The notes: generated by a model from the sequence alone, not told the origin. 64,000 nucleotides of DNA from Spirochaetota bacterium (GCA_963663865.1 OY760686.1:1440001-1504000); one strand, 5' to 3'; shown: positions 20,001 through 29,124, counted from the first letter of the stretch. Made by a program: numbers and translations.

Positions 20001-23000
20001 CGACAGAATACACGCTGTCATAAAGGCGACGGGCGCCAGCTCAGACGGAAAGGGGAAGGCAATTGCTGCTCCGAACCCTGCAGGCCAGGAATACGCGCTC
20101 AACCGTTGCTTTGAAAACATGCTGGATAACACCAGGATATCCGATGTTGATTTCATTGAATGTCATGGAACTTCCACTTTGATGGGCGACCTCGTTGAAA
20201 CGCAGACTGTAAAGAAGGTTTACAATACAGGAAAGGACGTTTACGTCAGTTCCGTAAAATCACAGATAGGCCACCTTCTGGGAGGGGCAGGCTCTGCCGG
20301 TATGCTGAAGCTCGTCATGGCTCTGAAGAACAAAATCCTTCCCCCAAACGGCCAGTTTAAAAAGCACTCACCCCGCCTTGAAATAGAGGGCACTCATATT
20401 AAGGTGGTAACTGACGCACTCGAATGGAAGAAAGCAGAAGGCCCGAGAATTGGAGCTATCAGTTCATTCGGTTTCGGCGGGATAAACTATCACTGCGTAG
20501 TCCAGGAGTTTACTGAAGGCTATACTAAGATCAGAAGGCGCATATTCTCGGAACCGTCATTCAACTACAACATGAACCGAGTGGTCATAACCGGTGTGGG
20601 AGTCAAGCTTCCCGGAGCTGAGAGCGTCGAAGAGATGTGGGCGGTTCTCGATTCCGGAAAGAGCGTGCTCGGGGCTATTCCGGAGGCCCGCTATCACGCT
20701 GAGGCTTTCACAACAGAAGAGGACTCTTTGTTCCGCCTCGCTCCCGTAAAAGCGGGTGTCATCACGGGAGATGTTGACAGCAAATCCTACCGCGTCCCTC
20801 CGGCTGCTGCAAGGGTCATTGACAGAGGACAGTTCTACGCTCTTGAGGCGGCGGGAAGGGCAATGAAGCAGTGCGGTCTTGACAAAAAGCTCGATAAGGG
20901 AAACAAAATCGCAGCAGTGTTCGGCGCCCTGACCGGCGAGATGCTGATGGAGAATGTTATACGAATCAGAATTCCGCTGCTGCAGGAGGCAATCCATTCT
21001 GTTAAGGGGCTCAGCGATTCTCTGAAAAACTCCATCTCGGAAAAGATTGCCGAGAGCCTGAAGGAGAGATACGCGGCGATAAACGAAGACACCGTTCCGG
21101 GCATGCTCAGCAACATCATAAGCGGAAGAGTCGCAAACTTCTACGGACTTAACGGAGCCAACTTCATAGTTGATGCTGGAAGCATGTCATCCGCTGTAGC
21201 GTGCAATCTCGCCATGAAGGGGCTGCAGTCAGGGGAATACGACTTCGCTCTTGCCGGCGGTGTTGAGTCCAACATTTCGGCCCCGACTATGAGGGCCTTC
21301 CAGAGAATGGGCATTATCGGCGAAAATGGCGGCTCAATCTTTGACGGGAAATCAACAGGAACAAGCCTGTCCGAGGGGGCTGTGGTTTTCGCGCTCACTA
21401 CTCTTGAAAAGGCCCTTGAGAACAACATGCCTGTTCTCGGGGAGATCAACGGCATAGCCATTGACAGCTCGGCGGGCGCCCGCTCGGGAGAGCTTTCAAC
21501 GGAAGCTCTTGTACGTTCAATGAATGACTCATTGAACAATTCTCCTCTGAAAAAGGAAGACATATCATATATTGACATATATGGGGCTTCAAGAGCGGAA
21601 TCAGATAAAAACGAAATAGCTGCCGTCGAGAGGGTTTTCGGAGCTAAGGCGGCTGTCGGAAGCTCAAAGCCGGTATTCGGCTATCTGAGATCAGCAAGCC
21701 CGGCTTTCGCAATCGCCAAGCTCATCGGCGCGAGGAAGTTCGGGAAAACACCGGGTTTCAATGCTATTAAACCCGGCGCTGCGCTGCTCAAGGCATCGTC
21801 AGCTAAAATTGAAGGCGCAATGTCGATAGGCAAACATGATTACGCTGCCGCAAATATATTCGGAATCGGCGGCAATCACGGATTTGTTGTTACGGGCGCT
21901 GTCCCTGACTGGGCTATGAAAAAGACAAGACAGTTTCCGGCCGGCGCTGTTGTGCCGAGGCCTGTCCCTCTTGCCGCTCAGCCGTCAGTAAGGGGAGGCG
22001 GAGATAAAATAACGGCGCTTCTATCCGGCCAGGGCGCTCAGCGTTCGGGCATGATGAAGGAACTCTATGAGTCTGTTTCAATTATCAGAGATACCCTTGA
22101 CCGTGGAAACGAGATATTCAGGAAGGAGCGTGGACAAAACCTCCTCGATATCATGTTCGGTGATGATCCCTCAATTAACTCGACTGAGATTACTCAACCC
22201 GCGGTATTCCTTTCGTCAGCGGCACTCTATGATTACGCCGCTTCGTCAGGGTTCTCGCCTGATTACTTCATCGGCCACAGCCTCGGCGAAATCACGGCTC
22301 TTTACTGCTCGGGAATTCTCGCTTTTGAGGATGCCATGAGGCTTGTAATAAAGCGTTCTGAGCTTATGAAGGCTGACGCCGAAAGAACAGCCGGAAGGAT
22401 TATGGTTCTGTTCAAGGGATGGGAGGAGTCTCAGGGGCTGATAGATGAATCCGGAATAAAGAACGTGTTTGTGGCCAACAAAAACAGCGAGGTCCAGACG
22501 GCTGTTTCAGGAGCGGCGGGGGATATAGACTCGTTCATGTCATATCTCAAGCAGAAGAACGTCACTTTTAAAGCACTGAACCTGTCCGGAGCGTTCCATA
22601 CTCCTTTCTATGCTCAGGCTTCGGACTCTATAAGGTTGTTCCTTAAAGATGTAAAATTCAAATCCGCTGATTACACAAAGGTAATATCAAATGTGACAGG
22701 ACTCCCTTATCCGCAAAACGAGGATGGGGTAAAGGACCTTGTAGCGAGACAGATCGTTTCGCCGGTGAACTTCATTCAGTCGGTCGGTTACGCTTTTAAC
22801 AATGGAAGCGGGCACTTCGTTGAGTTCGGCCCCGGCAGGCTTCTTGTAAACCTTCTTAAGAATATCACCCTCAATTACAGGACTGTGGAATCCGCGGTTG
22901 ATGTTAAAGCAGGCGAGCTTGCCTCACTCCGTTCATTAGATTCACACCTGAAGTCTCTGACAGGCGGGGCGGCATCTTCTGCGGCGTCGATTGCATCAGA

Positions 23001-26000
23001 CAGCAGCGACCCGGAGTTCAAGAGATTCCTTGAGGAAAAGAAAGACGAGATTAACACCTTGCTTGCCAACGAGTTTAATAAGTACAAAATGGAAGATGCC
23101 GGCAACGCGGTGAAGCGCTTCGGCTTCTACACCGGGAAAATTGTTGTTTCCGGCGCGGCAATAGGACTTCCGGGCTCCGCCAACAGGGTATTTGCCGAGA
23201 ATAACTTTGACCGTATCATCGCAGGCGAGAACTTTATTGATTCGCTCACCGCACAAGATAAGGCAGAGATGCTTAATAAAAACATCGTCAGGGTATATAA
23301 GGATCCTGCCGGCAACGCTAAGTTTATTCAGATCAGCAAAGAGGAAGAGGTTATTCAGCTTGCGGGAAAGCTCGGCTATTTCAGCCTCGCCAATGACTAC
23401 GGGATCGACTTTGAGCACGACTACCCCGAGGCGCTTGCCATGGCAGCGGGAATAGAGGCTCTGAAAGACGCGGGCATCCCGCTGGTACAGGGATTCAAAA
23501 AAGCCTCCAATGGCGCCATGATTCCAGGAGCCTATGAACTGCCGCAGGAAATGCAGGACCGCACGGGGGTAATATGCACCTCTGTATTTGCCGGACTTGA
23601 GACGTTTTCGAAGGAGCTCAGGGCTTACTATGAGCACAGGTTCCTCACTGAGCCATATGAAGAGTTCAAGAAGATGTACTACTTCATGATGGAGAAGATA
23701 TCCGATACCGGAGTCAAAGACAGGCTTACCGAATGGTTCTCGTCGCTCAGAAAGGCCGGAAGCGAAAAGGCTTACAACTTCGACAGAACCATTCTGTTCA
23801 AGATTATTAACCTCGCGCCAGCCCACTTTGCCCAGCACATTAAAGCAAAGGGGCCGAACACGCATACAAGCGCAGCCTGCGCTTCTACAACACAGGCGAT
23901 ATGTATCGCTGAAGACTGGATAAGGACCGGACGCTGCGACAGGGTTATTCTTATTGGCGGAGAAGCGGCGAATGGGGAAGGACAGGGACAGTGGATACAG
24001 TCCGGATTTTTAGCCCTCGGGGCCGCAACGGTTAAGAAGACAGTGCAGGAAGCGGCAAAGCCCTTTGACGAAGACCGCAATGGAACGATTGTCGGAAGCG
24101 GAGCAGTGGCCCTAATCATTGAGAAGGAAGAATGCGCCGTCAGACGCGGTCAAAAAGGACAGGCCGAGATTCTCGGTACATATTTCGGCAACAGCGCCTT
24201 CCACGCGACCAGAATTGACGTTGAACATGTCGCCAGAGAAATGAAGAATGCTGTAATTCAGATTGAGAAGCGTCATGGCCTTAACCGTGACGATTACGCA
24301 AGGCACATGGTTTTCATGTCGCATGAGACGTATACTCCGGCAAGAGGCGGAAGCGCGTCGGCAGAGGTAATGGCCCTGAGAGAAGCCTATCCTCAGCATT
24401 ACAGAGAAATAACAATAACCAACACAAAGGGATTTACGGGACATACCCTGGGCGCGGGAATAGAGGACGCCATACTCATCAAGGCGCTTTTAAAAGGGAA
24501 AGTGCCTCCTATTGCGAACCTTGTCAAGATTCCGCAGGAGTTTGCTGACCTTAAGTTCAGCAAGGGAGAACCGGGAGATTACAGATACGGTATGCACTTT
24601 GGTGCCGGCTTCGGTTCTCACTTTGCCTTTGCCCTGATTAAAAAAGGCCAGGAGAACTGTTTCGAGAATAACCCTGAATATACCAGGTGGTTGAAGGAGA
24701 TATCCGGAAGCGACAATCCCGAGCTTGTTGTAATGAACGGGGCCCTCTGCATCAAGTCTGCCGGGAAGCCGCTGATGCCGCGCAGGGCACCCGAGGTAAA
24801 AGCTCCGGCGTCTCAGGCTGTACAGACAGCTGTGACAGCGCCATCTGCCCCGGCAGGTGGAGCCGTTCACGCTGTGAAGGAGATCATTTCCGAGTACACC
24901 GGCTATTCTGAGGACATGCTTGATGAGAACCTCGACCTTGAAGGCGACCTCGGCATCGACACAGTTAAGCAGGTCGAGATATTCGGCGCGGTGTCTCAGA
25001 AGTTCGGTTTTGATGTGCCTGAAGACCTTAAACTCGGAGAGCTCAATACGATAGCGAAGCTCGCTGCCTACATCGCGAAGTCCGTTCCCGGACTGGCTGC
25101 TCCGTCAGCTTCGGCGCTGGTTCAGGCAGCAGCCCCCGCAGCAGCGCCTGCATCAGGCGGAGCTGTTCAAGCGGTGAAGGAGATCATTTCCGAGTACACC
25201 GGCTACTCTGAGGACATGCTTGATGAGAACCTCGACCTTGAAGGCGATCTTGGCATCGACACAGTGAAGCAGGTCGAGATATTCGGAGTGGTGTCTCAGA
25301 AGTTCGGCTTTGATGTGCCAGAAGACCTTAAACTCGGAGAGCTCAATACGATAGCGAAGCTTGCTGCATATATCGCGCAGGCCGTTCCCGGACTCGCTGT
25401 TGCTCCGTCACCATCGGCGCCGGTTCAGGCAGCAGCCCCCGCGGCAGCGCCTGCATCAGGCGGAGCTGTTCAAGCGGTGAAGGAGATTATTTCTGAGTAC
25501 ACCGGCTACGAGGTGGAGATGCTGGATGAGACACTTGACCTTGAAGGCGACCTCGGCATCGACACAGTAAAGCAGGTCGAGATATTCGGCGCGGTGTCAC
25601 AGAAGTTCGGATTTGACGTGCCGGAAGACTTGAAGTTAGGCGAGCTCAATACGATAGCAAAGCTTGCTGCATATATAGCGCAGGCTGTTCCCGGACTTGC
25701 TGTTGCTCCGTCAGTTTCGGCGCCGGTACAGGCAGCAGCGCCTGCGTCAGGCGGAGCTGTTCAAGCGGTGAAGGAGATTATATCGGAGTACACCGGCTAT
25801 GAGGTGGAAATGCTGGATGAGACACTTGACCTTGAAGGCGATCTCGGCATCGACACAGTCAAGCAGGTCGAGATATTCGGCGCGGTGTCACAGAAGTTCG
25901 GCTTTGATGTTCCTGAAGATCTTAAACTCGGCGAGCTCAATACGATAGCGAAGCTTGCTGCATATATAGCGCAGGCCGTTCCCGGACTCGCTGTTGCTCC

Positions 26001-29000
26001 GTCAGCATCGGCGCAGGTTCAGGCAGCAGCCCCCGCGGTAGCGCCTGCATCGGGTGGAGCTGCTCAAGCGGTGAAGGAGATTATATCGGAGTATACCGGC
26101 TATGAGGTGGAGATGCTGGATGAGACCCTTGACCTTGAAGGCGACCTCGGCATCGACACAGTTAAGCAGGTCGAAATATTCGGCGCGGTGTCTCAGAAGT
26201 TCGGCTTTGACGTGCCGGAAGACCTTAAACTCGGCGAGCTCAATACGATAGCGAAGCTCGCTGCATACATCGCGCAGGCCGTTCCCGGACTCGCTTCTGC
26301 TCCGTCAGCTTCAGCGCCGGTTCAGGCAGCAGCCCCCGCTGCAGCAGCACCTGCATCAGGCGGAGCGGCTCAAGCGGTGAAGGAGATTATATCGGAGTAC
26401 ACCGGCTATGAGGTGGAGATGCTGGATGAGACCCTTGACCTTGAAGGCGACCTCGGCATCGACACGGTCAAGCAGGTCGAGATATTCGGCGCGGTGTCAC
26501 AGAAGTTCGGCTTTGATGTTCCTGAAGACCTTAAACTCGGCGAGCTCAATACTATAGCGAAGCTTGCGGCTTACATCGCGAAAGAGGTTCCGGGCGCCGG
26601 TGCAGCAGTTCAGCCATCTGCGGCAGAACAGCCCGCTGTAGCGGTTGCAACTGAGGCTGGCGGATCGGGAATAAAGCGCTTTGAGGTCGGAATAGCTGAG
26701 GCGGCACCTGTTTCACAGAAGGTGAAAGACCTCAAAGGGAAGACCTATCTTGTAACGCTTGATAAATCCGGATTTTCAGACCGGGTAACTAAAAGGCTCA
26801 AAGCAATGGGCGCAAAGGTTGTAACTCTTGGAGTTAAAGGCGCCGACTACAATTCTATGGGCAGCTTCGAGAAGCTTGAGTCTGACATCAGGGCCATTGC
26901 ATCAGATGAAAGCCTGTACGGAGTTATTCACTGCGCACCTGTTGCCTGGGCAGGCAAGCCTGCTGATGAAGAGTCGATAAATGTTTCAGTCAAAAGTCTG
27001 TTCCTTATAATAAAGGGGCTCTACGGGCTGCTGAACAGAAAGGGAGGAATCATTGCAGCTCCCGCATTTGACTCTGTTGTGTTCCCGTATTCAGGAGAAG
27101 AGGCATCCATCTCGCCGGTTTCAGGAGGAGTGGCAGGAATGCTGAAGACCGCTTCAAAGGAGATGAAGGACACGGCCTGCAAGGTCGTTGACTTCAGCTT
27201 CAGGAAAGCCGGCGAGAGCTTTGACATAGCTGCCGATATCTTCATGAACGAAATCTTTTCCGGTGACAGGACAGTTGAAACCGGATACAGGGACGGCGTT
27301 AGATATAAAATATCACTGAAGGAAGCTGCGGCAGTGAAGGGCGATTTCGTACTGAAAGAAGGCGATACCGTCATAGTCACAGGCGGTGCCGGAGGTATTA
27401 CCTTTGAAATGCTCAAGGATATCGCCTCAAGAATTAATGTGAAATTCGTAATACTCGGAAGAAGCCGTATCGACGGTATTGAGCCTGACTTTATGAGGCT
27501 GGAAGCTGATGAGAGGTATATCCTGGGCAAGCTCAAGGACAGAATGCAGGGAGCCAAACCGCTTGAGCTGAAAAAAGAGGCCGGCAGAATAATCCGTGCC
27601 AGATCGGCGGCAGACAATATTGAGACGCTCAGAAAAACCGGATGCGAGGTTGAGTACCATGCCGCGGATGTCGCTGACGCTGTCTCTGTCGAAAAAGCTC
27701 TGAAGGGAATCAAAAATGCCGCTGGAATTATTCACGCGGCTGGAATTGAGGAAAGCCAGTTCATAGAAAAAAAGGAATTCTCCCAGTTCAATCGGGTATT
27801 TGATGTAAAGGTTTACGGTGCCCTTAATATTCTGAAGGCTGTGCCGAAATACAGGTTCCTGGCAACCTTCTCTTCGGTAGCTGCCAGATTCGGGAACGAG
27901 GGGCAGATTGATTACAGTTCAGCAAACGATCTTCTTTCGAAGATAGTTCTGAGAGAGAACCAGCTTAACAGCGGTAAAATATGCAAGATCATTGACTGGA
28001 CAGCCTGGGATGGCGCGGGTATGGCGACAAACGAAACCGTAATGAAGGTCCTGAAGGAGAGAGGCATGAAATTCCTTCCGTTGAAGGAAGGTGTGCGCTT
28101 CTTCATGGATGAGCTGTCAGATCCGAGAAGCATTGAAACCGCGGTAATGGGCCTCGATCTGGAATTCGACCCTGACCGTATTCTTCCGGGATCAGGTTCG
28201 CCGTCGTGCGGAAGATATCCTTTCCTGGGTACGCCAATATCCTCTGACGAAAAAAAAGCCGTCTATTCGCGTGTTCTCGATATAAACACGGACCTCTTCC
28301 TGCTTAATCACTCAAGGGAAGGAGTACCTCTGTTCCTTGGCGCTACCGGGGTTGAATCACTCGCAGAAGCATCTTCAAGGGTTATGCCGGAAGGACGCAG
28401 ACTTATCAGCCTGAAGGACTTCACGATACCCTATGGAATCAAAATTCTGCAGGGACGTCCAAAGGAGATTATGATAGAGGCCGAGGCCCTCGGAGATGAG
28501 GCTGCCTGCCGCATAGTGTCCCAGTTTAAAAACAAGGCCGGCATTGCTATGGGTGACATGACAGTTCATTACAACGGCACATGTGTTTTCAGCGGCGCCG
28601 AAGCGAAGGCAAAGAAGATAAGTCTGCCGGAATTCAAGCCGGTAACTGTTGAAGGAGATTTCCAGGAGCTTATATATCATCCTGAAAGGCTCTTTATGGA
28701 TGGCGTGTTCAGAAGTATTCAGGGAATTCTTTCTTTCGACGGCAAAAAGCTTGTTACGAAGGTGAGAAACCCTCTCAGCGGAGAATTCTTCAGGGGATGC
28801 GTTGAGCCCGAGTTTGTCACAGATCCGGTGCTCGTTGACGCAATGTTCCAGACCGGAGGTGTCGTTGAATTTCTGACTTCCGGGGTCATCATTCTTCCGT
28901 CGTCAATTCGCGTGATGAATTTTTACGCGGGTACTGAGGCGATGAAGGATTACCTGTGCATTACAGAGAAAAAACATGACGGTGAAGAGACGAACACCTT

Positions 29001-29124
29001 CGATCTCTGGCTCACAGACGAAGCGGGAAATGTCTTCGTTGAGGTTCTCGATTTTCAGATGATCAAGATTAAGGGAACATCAGGAGACACAAATCTAAAA
29101 AATAGAATTAGGACGTCGTTCTGA
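17065..29124 (+). CDS. Giant type I fatty-acid/polyketide synthase: pseudoER-ER-KS-pseudoKS-AT-KS-6xACP-KR-DH
   Basis: Two FabK/nitronate-monooxygenase-like barrels (the second has GNEAGGH). KS1 has DAAC/ECHGT/IGHLL. KS2 is degenerate (DAGS/DIYGA/FGYL). AT has GQGAQ/GHSLG/GAFH. KS3 has SAAC/SHETYT/TGHTLG. Six ACP repeats follow, then KR (TGGAGGI...HAAG...DYSSAN) and DH (NHSREG...DAMFQ). ATG 17065 follows GGAGG. Confidence 0.92.
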   Translation: MIKRIINTPLPCMVYNPVKTADASYAVAAYEAGAMPVIDTEFIQTGDVLTLVDQLAARNIIFGVRLFASDTELIGSLSERRIDNLDLVVLAYRRADELSGFDSSMPYRIFIETTDININDKIDSISPQALIVKGFEGAGKVSKYTSYVLLQWYLDKTSYPVVVHGGVGQYTASGMFAAGASGVVLDSQLYLADESPLSDNFRDLLRKVEENSSSVIGKATGIPYRFFAKLGTKIVKELKEKESVLAAEADGSAKLYRLIEEHLTSMNDSSANTLQSLFYLGQDGVFSKNFVKNGTKLKDMLHGFFKTVGENLADIEDYDPIRENTTLAREHGTRFPIVQGPMGNISDSPDFAKNVYDSGALPFFALGNLPVNLAENMVKGGAEKKISFGAGMIGIGAMNKSFQEHIDMVKRHKAPFALFAAGIPAQVLELEAAGTKTYLHTPSMQMLENAMKSGCSRFIFEGNEAGGHVGGQTSMVLWELGMNRLMELDAEKVKNVRAVFGGGIGTSRGSWFVSGMTSCLARKGGMVGIQVGTLYLMTEEIVKTGALSKVYHELILKSCETIVMGETVGLMSRSLPSVFSQKMIENEHQRIRDGLPLGDRKVAFEHDNVGALLVGAKGYRPKFNPDGKVELVKHTEKDQFDMGNFMAGDSIACEDRQINVPEVSDILINRKKGMFANLDRLEVMTSRDSIIHDEIAVIGMGCVLPDAGSPEELWKNILDKKYSITRIDEKRLSSEYYFSEDRKAEGKAYSRIAGQVSNFKFDYRRFGFTSEEAGGLSRSQQMILESAARAADDAGLSKDSIPGNRSAVVIGTCLSSELMNDLLLKYNYPEIKYYIEQIEEFKSLDAKTKKSLLEELKKAVSQGHTAESPEGAMNHMEASRIAEYLGIKGPNYTVDAACATSLAAIDSGIKELRSGKSDLVLAGGINTNLSPESFIGFCKMGALSGEGSYPFDERSGGFVLGEGAGVFVLKRMKDALRDGDRIHAVIKATGASSDGKGKAIAAPNPAGQEYALNRCFENMLDNTRISDVDFIECHGTSTLMGDLVETQTVKKVYNTGKDVYVSSVKSQIGHLLGGAGSAGMLKLVMALKNKILPPNGQFKKHSPRLEIEGTHIKVVTDALEWKKAEGPRIGAISSFGFGGINYHCVVQEFTEGYTKIRRRIFSEPSFNYNMNRVVITGVGVKLPGAESVEEMWAVLDSGKSVLGAIPEARYHAEAFTTEEDSLFRLAPVKAGVITGDVDSKSYRVPPAAARVIDRGQFYALEAAGRAMKQCGLDKKLDKGNKIAAVFGALTGEMLMENVIRIRIPLLQEAIHSVKGLSDSLKNSISEKIAESLKERYAAINEDTVPGMLSNIISGRVANFYGLNGANFIVDAGSMSSAVACNLAMKGLQSGEYDFALAGGVESNISAPTMRAFQRMGIIGENGGSIFDGKSTGTSLSEGAVVFALTTLEKALENNMPVLGEINGIAIDSSAGARSGELSTEALVRSMNDSLNNSPLKKEDISYIDIYGASRAESDKNEIAAVERVFGAKAAVGSSKPVFGYLRSASPAFAIAKLIGARKFGKTPGFNAIKPGAALLKASSAKIEGAMSIGKHDYAAANIFGIGGNHGFVVTGAVPDWAMKKTRQFPAGAVVPRPVPLAAQPSVRGGGDKITALLSGQGAQRSGMMKELYESVSIIRDTLDRGNEIFRKERGQNLLDIMFGDDPSINSTEITQPAVFLSSAALYDYAASSGFSPDYFIGHSLGEITALYCSGILAFEDAMRLVIKRSELMKADAERTAGRIMVLFKGWEESQGLIDESGIKNVFVANKNSEVQTAVSGAAGDIDSFMSYLKQKNVTFKALNLSGAFHTPFYAQASDSIRLFLKDVKFKSADYTKVISNVTGLPYPQNEDGVKDLVARQIVSPVNFIQSVGYAFNNGSGHFVEFGPGRLLVNLLKNITLNYRTVESAVDVKAGELASLRSLDSHLKSLTGGAASSAASIASDSSDPEFKRFLEEKKDEINTLLANEFNKYKMEDAGNAVKRFGFYTGKIVVSGAAIGLPGSANRVFAENNFDRIIAGENFIDSLTAQDKAEMLNKNIVRVYKDPAGNAKFIQISKEEEVIQLAGKLGYFSLANDYGIDFEHDYPEALAMAAGIEALKDAGIPLVQGFKKASNGAMIPGAYELPQEMQDRTGVICTSVFAGLETFSKELRAYYEHRFLTEPYEEFKKMYYFMMEKISDTGVKDRLTEWFSSLRKAGSEKAYNFDRTILFKIINLAPAHFAQHIKAKGPNTHTSAACASTTQAICIAEDWIRTGRCDRVILIGGEAANGEGQGQWIQSGFLALGAATVKKTVQEAAKPFDEDRNGTIVGSGAVALIIEKEECAVRRGQKGQAEILGTYFGNSAFHATRIDVEHVAREMKNAVIQIEKRHGLNRDDYARHMVFMSHETYTPARGGSASAEVMALREAYPQHYREITITNTKGFTGHTLGAGIEDAILIKALLKGKVPPIANLVKIPQEFADLKFSKGEPGDYRYGMHFGAGFGSHFAFALIKKGQENCFENNPEYTRWLKEISGSDNPELVVMNGALCIKSAGKPLMPRRAPEVKAPASQAVQTAVTAPSAPAGGAVHAVKEIISEYTGYSEDMLDENLDLEGDLGIDTVKQVEIFGAVSQKFGFDVPEDLKLGELNTIAKLAAYIAKSVPGLAAPSASALVQAAAPAAAPASGGAVQAVKEIISEYTGYSEDMLDENLDLEGDLGIDTVKQVEIFGVVSQKFGFDVPEDLKLGELNTIAKLAAYIAQAVPGLAVAPSPSAPVQAAAPAAAPASGGAVQAVKEIISEYTGYEVEMLDETLDLEGDLGIDTVKQVEIFGAVSQKFGFDVPEDLKLGELNTIAKLAAYIAQAVPGLAVAPSVSAPVQAAAPASGGAVQAVKEIISEYTGYEVEMLDETLDLEGDLGIDTVKQVEIFGAVSQKFGFDVPEDLKLGELNTIAKLAAYIAQAVPGLAVAPSASAQVQAAAPAVAPASGGAAQAVKEIISEYTGYEVEMLDETLDLEGDLGIDTVKQVEIFGAVSQKFGFDVPEDLKLGELNTIAKLAAYIAQAVPGLASAPSASAPVQAAAPAAAAPASGGAAQAVKEIISEYTGYEVEMLDETLDLEGDLGIDTVKQVEIFGAVSQKFGFDVPEDLKLGELNTIAKLAAYIAKEVPGAGAAVQPSAAEQPAVAVATEAGGSGIKRFEVGIAEAAPVSQKVKDLKGKTYLVTLDKSGFSDRVTKRLKAMGAKVVTLGVKGADYNSMGSFEKLESDIRAIASDESLYGVIHCAPVAWAGKPADEESINVSVKSLFLIIKGLYGLLNRKGGIIAAPAFDSVVFPYSGEEASISPVSGGVAGMLKTASKEMKDTACKVVDFSFRKAGESFDIAADIFMNEIFSGDRTVETGYRDGVRYKISLKEAAAVKGDFVLKEGDTVIVTGGAGGITFEMLKDIASRINVKFVILGRSRIDGIEPDFMRLEADERYILGKLKDRMQGAKPLELKKEAGRIIRARSAADNIETLRKTGCEVEYHAADVADAVSVEKALKGIKNAAGIIHAAGIEESQFIEKKEFSQFNRVFDVKVYGALNILKAVPKYRFLATFSSVAARFGNEGQIDYSSANDLLSKIVLRENQLNSGKICKIIDWTAWDGAGMATNETVMKVLKERGMKFLPLKEGVRFFMDELSDPRSIETAVMGLDLEFDPDRILPGSGSPSCGRYPFLGTPISSDEKKAVYSRVLDINTDLFLLNHSREGVPLFLGATGVESLAEASSRVMPEGRRLISLKDFTIPYGIKILQGRPKEIMIEAEALGDEAACRIVSQFKNKAGIAMGDMTVHYNGTCVFSGAEAKAKKISLPEFKPVTVEGDFQELIYHPERLFMDGVFRSIQGILSFDGKKLVTKVRNPLSGEFFRGCVEPEFVTDPVLVDAMFQTGGVVEFLTSGVIILPSSIRVMNFYAGTEAMKDYLCITEKKHDGEETNTFDLWLTDEAGNVFVEVLDFQMIKIKGTSGDTNLKNRIRTSF
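24871..26583 (+). repeat. Six tandem ~300-bp ACP-encoding repeats with Ala/Pro-rich linkers
   Basis: Units start at about 24871, 25171, 25474, 25765, 26068 and 26374 (periods 300, 303, 291, 303, 306 nt) and encode near-identical protein. Confidence 0.97.

Noticed and set aside
22996-23865. Long antisense ORFs (also 27021..27713 and 57577..58137)
   Set aside because: They are shadows of strongly supported plus-strand genes, with no motifs or RBS.
24961-26466. Ser->Thr in the ACPs as a sequencing error
   Set aside because: It is present in all six copies, with two different Thr codons (ACA, ACG) amid independent synonymous variation.
24871-26583. Regular ~300-bp repeats as a CRISPR array or mobile repeat
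   Set aside because: They are in-frame ACP domains within one ORF, with no short repeat-spacer structure and no cas genes.
17065-29124. Calling the synthase a canonical PUFA synthase (pfaA-D)
   Set aside because: The domain order differs and I see no FabA-type DH pair, so the product cannot be assigned from sequence.
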